Notes under the pieces: model-generated
Databases searched by the model: none
Told to the model about the DNA's origin: nothing
What the model saw: only the letters and a program-made list of their open reading frames with translations
Shown: positions 58,601 to 64,000 of the stretch, in pieces
How the letters are laid out: each line of letters opens with the position of its first letter
How positions within the stretch are numbered: position 1 is the first letter of the stretch
Position numbers and translations under genes: made by a program
Assembly (NCBI GenBank): GCA_964016885.1
Contig: OZ024740.1
Span: 407,216,001-407,280,000 of the forward strand
Source: Eledone cirrhosa
Lineage: Eukaryota
Length of the DNA stretch: 64,000 nucleotides
Reading direction: 5' to 3'

Positions 58601-61520
58601 TACATAGCAATGTGGCCCACTGACAAGACACTACATAGCAATGTGGCCCACTGACAAGACACTGAATAGCAATGTGGCCCACTAACAAGACACTACATAG
58701 CAATGTGGCTCACTGACAGGACACTGAATAGCAATGTGACACACTGACAAGACACTGAATAGCAATGTGTCCCACTGACAAGACACTGAATAGCAATGTG
58801 GCTCACTGACAAGATACTACATAGCAACGTGGCCGAGAGACAAGACACTGAATAGCAATGTGACAGACTGACAAGACACTGAATAGCAATGTGACAGACT
58901 GACAAGACACTGAATAGCAATGTGGCCCACTGACAAGACACTGAATAGCAATGTGGCCCACTGACAAGACACTGAATAGCAATGTGGCCCACTGACAAGA
59001 CACTGAATAGCATTGTGGCTCACTGACAAGATACTACATAGCAACGTGGCCGAGAGACAAGACACTGAATAGCAATGTGGCCCACTGACAAGACGCTACA
59101 TAGCAATGTGGCCCACTGACAAGACCCTACATAGCAATGTGGTCCACTGACAAGACACTGAATAGCAATGTGACAGACTGACAAGACACTGAATAGCAAT
59201 GTGGCCCACTGACAAGACACGACATAGCAATGTGGCTCACTGACAAGACACTGAATAGCAATGTGGCCCACTGACAAGACACTACATAGCAATGTGGCTC
59301 ACTGACAAGACACCACATAGCAATGTGGCCCACTGACAAGACACTGAATAGCAATGTGGCCCACTGACAAGACACTACATAGCAATGTGGCTCACTGACA
59401 AGACACTGAATAGCAATGTGACAGACTGACAAGACACTGAATAGCAATGTGACAGACTGACAAGACACTGAATAGCAATGTGGCCCACTGACAAGACACT
59501 ACATAGCAATGTGGCCCACTGACAAGACACTGAATAGCAATGTGGCCCACTGACAAGACACTACATAGCAATGTGGCTCACTGACAAGACACTACATAGC
59601 AATGTGGCCCACTGACAAGACACTGAATAGCAATGTGGCCCACTGACAAGACACTACATAGCAATGTGGCCCACTGACAAAACACAACATAGCAATGTGG
59701 CCCACTGACAAGACACTACATAGCAATGTGGCCCACTGACAAGACACTGAATAGCAATGTGGCCCACTGACAAGACACTACATAGCAATGTGGCTCACTG
59801 ACAAGACACTGAATAGCAATGTGGCCCACTGACAAGACACTACATAGCAATGTGGCTCACTGACAAGACACTTAATAGCAATGTGGCCCACTGACAAGAC
59901 ACTGAATAGCAATGTTGCCCACTGACAAGACACTACATAGCAATGTGGCCCACTGACAAGACACTACATAGCAATGTGGCCCACTGACAAGACACTGAAT
60001 AGCAATGTGGCCCACTGACAAGACACTACATAGCAATGTGACAGACTGACAAGACACTGAATAGCAATGTGGCCCACTGACAAGACACTACATAGCAATG
60101 TGGCTCATTGACAAGACACTGAATAGCAATGTGACACACTGACAAGACACTGAATAGCAATGTGTCCCACTGACAAGACACTGAATAGCAATGTGGCTCA
60201 CTGACAAGATACTACATAGCAACGTGGCCGAAAGACAAGACACTGAATAGCAATGTGACAGACTGACAAGACACTGAATAGCAATGTGACAGACTGACAA
60301 GACACTGAATAGCAATGTGGCCCACTGACAAGACACTGAATAGCAATGTGGCCCACTGACAAGACACTGAATAGCAATGTGGCCCACTGACAAGACACTG
60401 AATAGCAAAGTGGCTCACTGACAAGATACTACATAGCAACGTGGCCGAGAGACAAGACACTGAATAGCAATGTGGCCCACTGACAAGACGCTACATAGCA
60501 ATGTGGCCCACTGACAAGACCCTACATAGCAATGTGGCCCACTGACAAGACACTGAATAGCAATGTGACAGACTGACAAGACACTGAATAGCAATGTGGC
60601 CCACTGACAAGACACGACATAGCAATGTGGCTCACTGACAAGACACTGAATAGCAATGTGGCCCACTGACAAGACACTACATAGCAATGTGGCTCACTGA
60701 CAAGACACTACATAGCAATGTGGCCCACTGACAAGACACTGAATAGCAATGTGGCCCACTGACAGGACACTACATAGCAACGTGGCTCACTGACAAGACA
60801 CTGAATAGCAATGTGACAGACTGACAAGACACTGAATAGCAATGTGACAGACTGACAAGACACTGAATAGCAATGTGGCCCACTGACAAGACACTACATA
60901 GCAATGTGGCCCACTGACAAGACACTGAATAGCAATGTGGCCCACTGACAAGACACTACATAGCAATGTGGCTCACTGACAAGACACTACATAGCAATGT
61001 GGCCCACTGACAAGACACTGAATAGCAATGTGGCCCACTGACAAGACACTACATAGCAATGTGGCCCACTGACAAGACACAACATAGCAATGTGGCCCAC
61101 TGACAAGACACTACATAGCAATGTGGCCTACTGGCAAGACACTGAATAGCAATGTGGCCCACTGACAAGACACTACATAGCAATGTGGCTCACTGACAAG
61201 ACACTGAATAGCAATGTGGCCCACTGACAAGACACTGAATAGCAATGTTGCCCACTGACAAGACACTACATAGCAATGTGGCCCACTGACAAGACACTAC
61301 ATAGCAATGTGGCCCACTGACAAGACACTGAATAGCAATGTGGCCCACTGACAAGACACTACATAGCAATGTGGCTCACTGACAAGACACTGAATAGCAT
61401 TGTGGCTCACTGACAAGATACTACATAGCAATGTGGCCGAGAGACAAGACACTGAATAGCAATATGGCCCACTGACAAAACACTACATAGCAATGTGGCC
61501 CACTGACAAGACACTACATA
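55690..61520. repeat. ~3.0-kb tandem duplication (~55,690-58,560 and ~58,670-61,520), each copy containing an internal ~1.36-1.4-kb repeat
   Basis: CAGGAC at 55,743 vs 58,719 (2,976 = 96x31); GCCGAAAGAC at 57,225 vs 60,232 (3,007 = 97x31); ORFs 55717/57081 offset 1,364 = 44x31. Confidence 0.87.
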
Positions 61521-61544
61521 GCAATGTGGCCCACTGACAAGACA

Positions 61545-64000
61545 CTACATAGCAATATGACCCACTGACAAGACATTACATAGCAATGTGGCCCACTAAC
61601 AAGACACTACATAGCAATGTGACCCACTGACAAGACACTGAATAGCAATGTGGGTTACTGACGAGACACTGAATAGCAATGTGGCCCACTGACAAGACAC
61701 TACCTAGCAATGTGGCCCACTGACAAGACACTACATAGCAATGTGTCCCACTGACAAGACATTCAATAGCAATGTGGCCCACTGACAAGACACTACATAA
61801 CAATGTGGCCCACTGACAAGACACTGAATAGCAATGTGGCCCACTGACAAGACACTGAATAGCAATGTGGCCCACTGACAAGACACTGAATAGCAATGTG
61901 GCCCACTGACAAGACACTGAATAGCAATGTGGCCCACTGACAAGTCACTACATAGCAATGTGGCCCACTGACAAGACACTGAATAGAAATGTGGCCCACT
62001 TACAAGACACTGAATAGCAATGTGGCCCACTGACAAAACACTACATAGCAATGTGGCCCACTGACAAGACACTACATAGCAATGTGGCCCACTGACAAGA
62101 CACTACATAGCAATGTGGCCCACTGATAAGACACTGAATAGCAATGTGGCCCACTGACAAGACACTGAATAGCAATGTGGCCCACTGACAAAACACTACA
62201 TAGCAATGTGGCCCACTGACAAGACACTACATAGCAATGTGGCTCACTGACAAGACACTGAATAGCAATGTGACAGACTGACAAGACACTGAATAGCAAT
62301 GTGACAGACTGACAAGACACTGAAAAGCAATGTGGCCCACTGACAAGACACTACATAGCAATGTGGCCCACTGACAAGACACTGAATAGCAATGTGGCCC
62401 ACTGACAAGACACTACATAGCAATGTGGCTCACTGACAAGACACTACATAGCAATGTGGCCCACTGACAAGACACTGAATAGCAATGTGGCCCACTGACA
62501 AGACACTACATAGCAATGTGGCCCACTGACAAGACACTGAATAGCAATGTGGCCCACTGACAAGACACTACATAGCAATGTGGCTCACTGACAAGACACT
62601 ACATAGCAATGTGGCCCACTGACAAGACACTGAATGGCAATGTGGCCCACTGACAAGACTCAACATAGCAATGTGGCCCACTGACAAGACACTACATAGC
62701 AATGTGGCCCACTGACAAGACACTGAATAGCAAAGTGGCCCACTGACAAGACACTACATAGCAATGTGGCTCACCGACAAGACACTGAATAGCAATGTGG
62801 CCCACTGACAAGACACTACATAGCAATGTGGCTCACTGACAAGACACTGAATAGCAATGTGGCCCACTGACAAGACACTGAATAGCAATGTTGCCCACTG
62901 ACAAGACACTATATAGCAATGTGGCCCACTGACAAGACACTGAATAGCAATGTGACAGACTGACAAGACACTGAATAGCAATGTGGCCCACTGACAAGAC
63001 ACTGAATAGCAATGTGGCCCAGTGACAAGACACTACATAGCAATGAGCCTCACTGACAAGACACTGAATAGCATTGTGGCTCACTGACAAGATACTACAT
63101 AGCAATGTGGCCGAGAGACAAGACACTGAATAGCAATGTGGCCCACAGACAAGGCACTGAATAGCAATGTGGCCCACTGACAAGACACTGAATAGCAATG
63201 TGGCCCCCTGACAAGACACTACCTAGCAATGTGGCCCACTGACAAGACATTGAATAGCAATAGTGGCTCACTGACAAGACACTGAATAACAATGTGGCCC
63301 ACTGACAAGACACTGAATAGCAATGTGGCCCAATGACAAGACACTGAATAGCAATGTGGCCCACTGACAAGACACTACATAGCAATGTGGCCCACTGACA
63401 AGACACTGAATAGCAATGTGGCCCACTTACAAGACACTGAATAGCAATGTGGCCCACTGATAAGACACTGAATAGCAATGTGGCCCACTGACAAGACACT
63501 GAATAGCAATGTGGCACACTGACAAGACTCTGCATAGCAATGTGGCCCACTGACAAAACACTACATAGCAATGTGGCCCACTGAAAAGACTCTGCATAGC
63601 AATGTGGCCCACTGACAAGACACTACATAGCAATGTGGCCCACTGACAAGATGTTGAATAGCAATGTGGCCCACTGACAAGACACTACATAGCAATGTGG
63701 CCCACTGACAAGATGTTGAATAGCAATGTGGCCCACTGACAAGACACTACAGAGCAATGTGGCCCAGTGACAAGATGCTGAATAGCAATGTGGCCCACTG
63801 ACAAGACACTACATAGCAATGTGTCCCACTGACAAGACATTGAATAGCAATGTGGCCCACTGACAAGACACTACATAACAATGTGGCCCACTGACAAGAC
63901 ACTGAATAGCAATGTGGCCCACTGACAAGACAATGAATAGCAATGTGTCTCACTGACAAGACACTACATAGCAATGTGGCCCACTGACAAGACACTGAAT
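61545..64000. repeat. Further paralogous copy of ~52,740-55,620 (third copy of the distal part of blocks C/D)
   Basis: ORFs 52771/61576 and 53949/62754 are offset by 8,805 (284x31+1); 55056/63427 by 8,371 (270x31+1). Confidence 0.82.

Larger units (their letters stand above)
1..64000. repeat. 31-bp tandem satellite/minisatellite array, ~2,064 head-to-tail monomers, consensus CACTGACAAGACACT(GA/AC)ATAGCAATGTGGCC; extends beyond both window edges
   Basis: The monomer is read directly throughout. Phase check: position 1 is the T of AATGTG, and 2063x31 + 21 inserted bases + 1 = 63,975, which is again the T of AATGTG. No non-repeat sequence or inverted monomers were seen. Confidence 0.99.

Noticed and set aside
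69-63995. The many minus-strand ORFs (61-204 aa) as protein-coding genes
   Set aside because: All are overlapping translations of the same 31-bp unit in rotating frames. Most listed starts are TTG/GTG rather than ATG, the unit is not a multiple of 3, and there is no unique flanking or regulatory sequence.
1-64000. CRISPR array (31 bp is in the range of CRISPR repeat lengths)
   Set aside because: Monomers abut directly with no unique spacers. The variable positions are only 2-6-nt recurrent variants, and there is no leader or cas gene.
1-64000. Telomerase-type telomeric repeat
   Set aside because: No G-rich strand motif. The variants are inherited in multi-kb duplicated blocks, which indicates recombination or duplication rather than templated addition. 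A subtelomeric location cannot be excluded.
1-64000. Transposon, tRNA/rRNA or inverted segment embedded in the array
   Set aside because: No non-monomer sequence or reverse-complement monomer was seen, and the end-to-end phase arithmetic is fully explained by monomers plus 21 single-base insertions.
1-64000. Rolling-circle or PCR concatemer, or synthetic sequence
   Set aside because: Hierarchically shared variants with differing divergence between blocks indicate an evolutionary history, not copying of one template. Only the 12-kb A/B pair remains a possible assembly issue.
1-64000. Recombination signal sequences (CACTGA/CACAG resemble the RSS heptamer CACAGTG)
   Set aside because: No full heptamer with an ACAAAAACC nonamer at 12/23-bp spacing, and no V/D/J segments.

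Overview
The whole 64-kb window is one uninterrupted, head-to-tail tandem array of a 31-bp monomer (consensus CACTGACAAGACACT[GA/AC]ATAGCAATGTGGCC, ~48% GC, no CpG in consensus), about 2,064 monomers all in one orientation. It looks like eukaryotic satellite/long-minisatellite DNA; I do not recognise the family or organism. I see no genes, RNA genes, transposons or CRISPR spacers. All ORFs in the track are minus-strand read-through of the repeat. The interest lies in the internal architecture. The monomer consists of three ~10.3-bp sub-repeats and has a two-state GA/AC site. Diagnostic variant monomers recur in fixed-order cassettes, including a 36-monomer (1,116-bp) and a 5-monomer (155-bp) period. 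There are nested, very recent multi-kb duplications (offsets ~9.3, ~12.6, ~8.6 and ~3.0 kb) with readable chimeric junctions. The only sub-monomer indel seen is a +1 A present in 21 copies, which exactly accounts for the phase drift across the window. I found no evidence for a new protein-coding system; functional ideas (centromeric/nucleosome-phasing role, repeat translation) are inference only.
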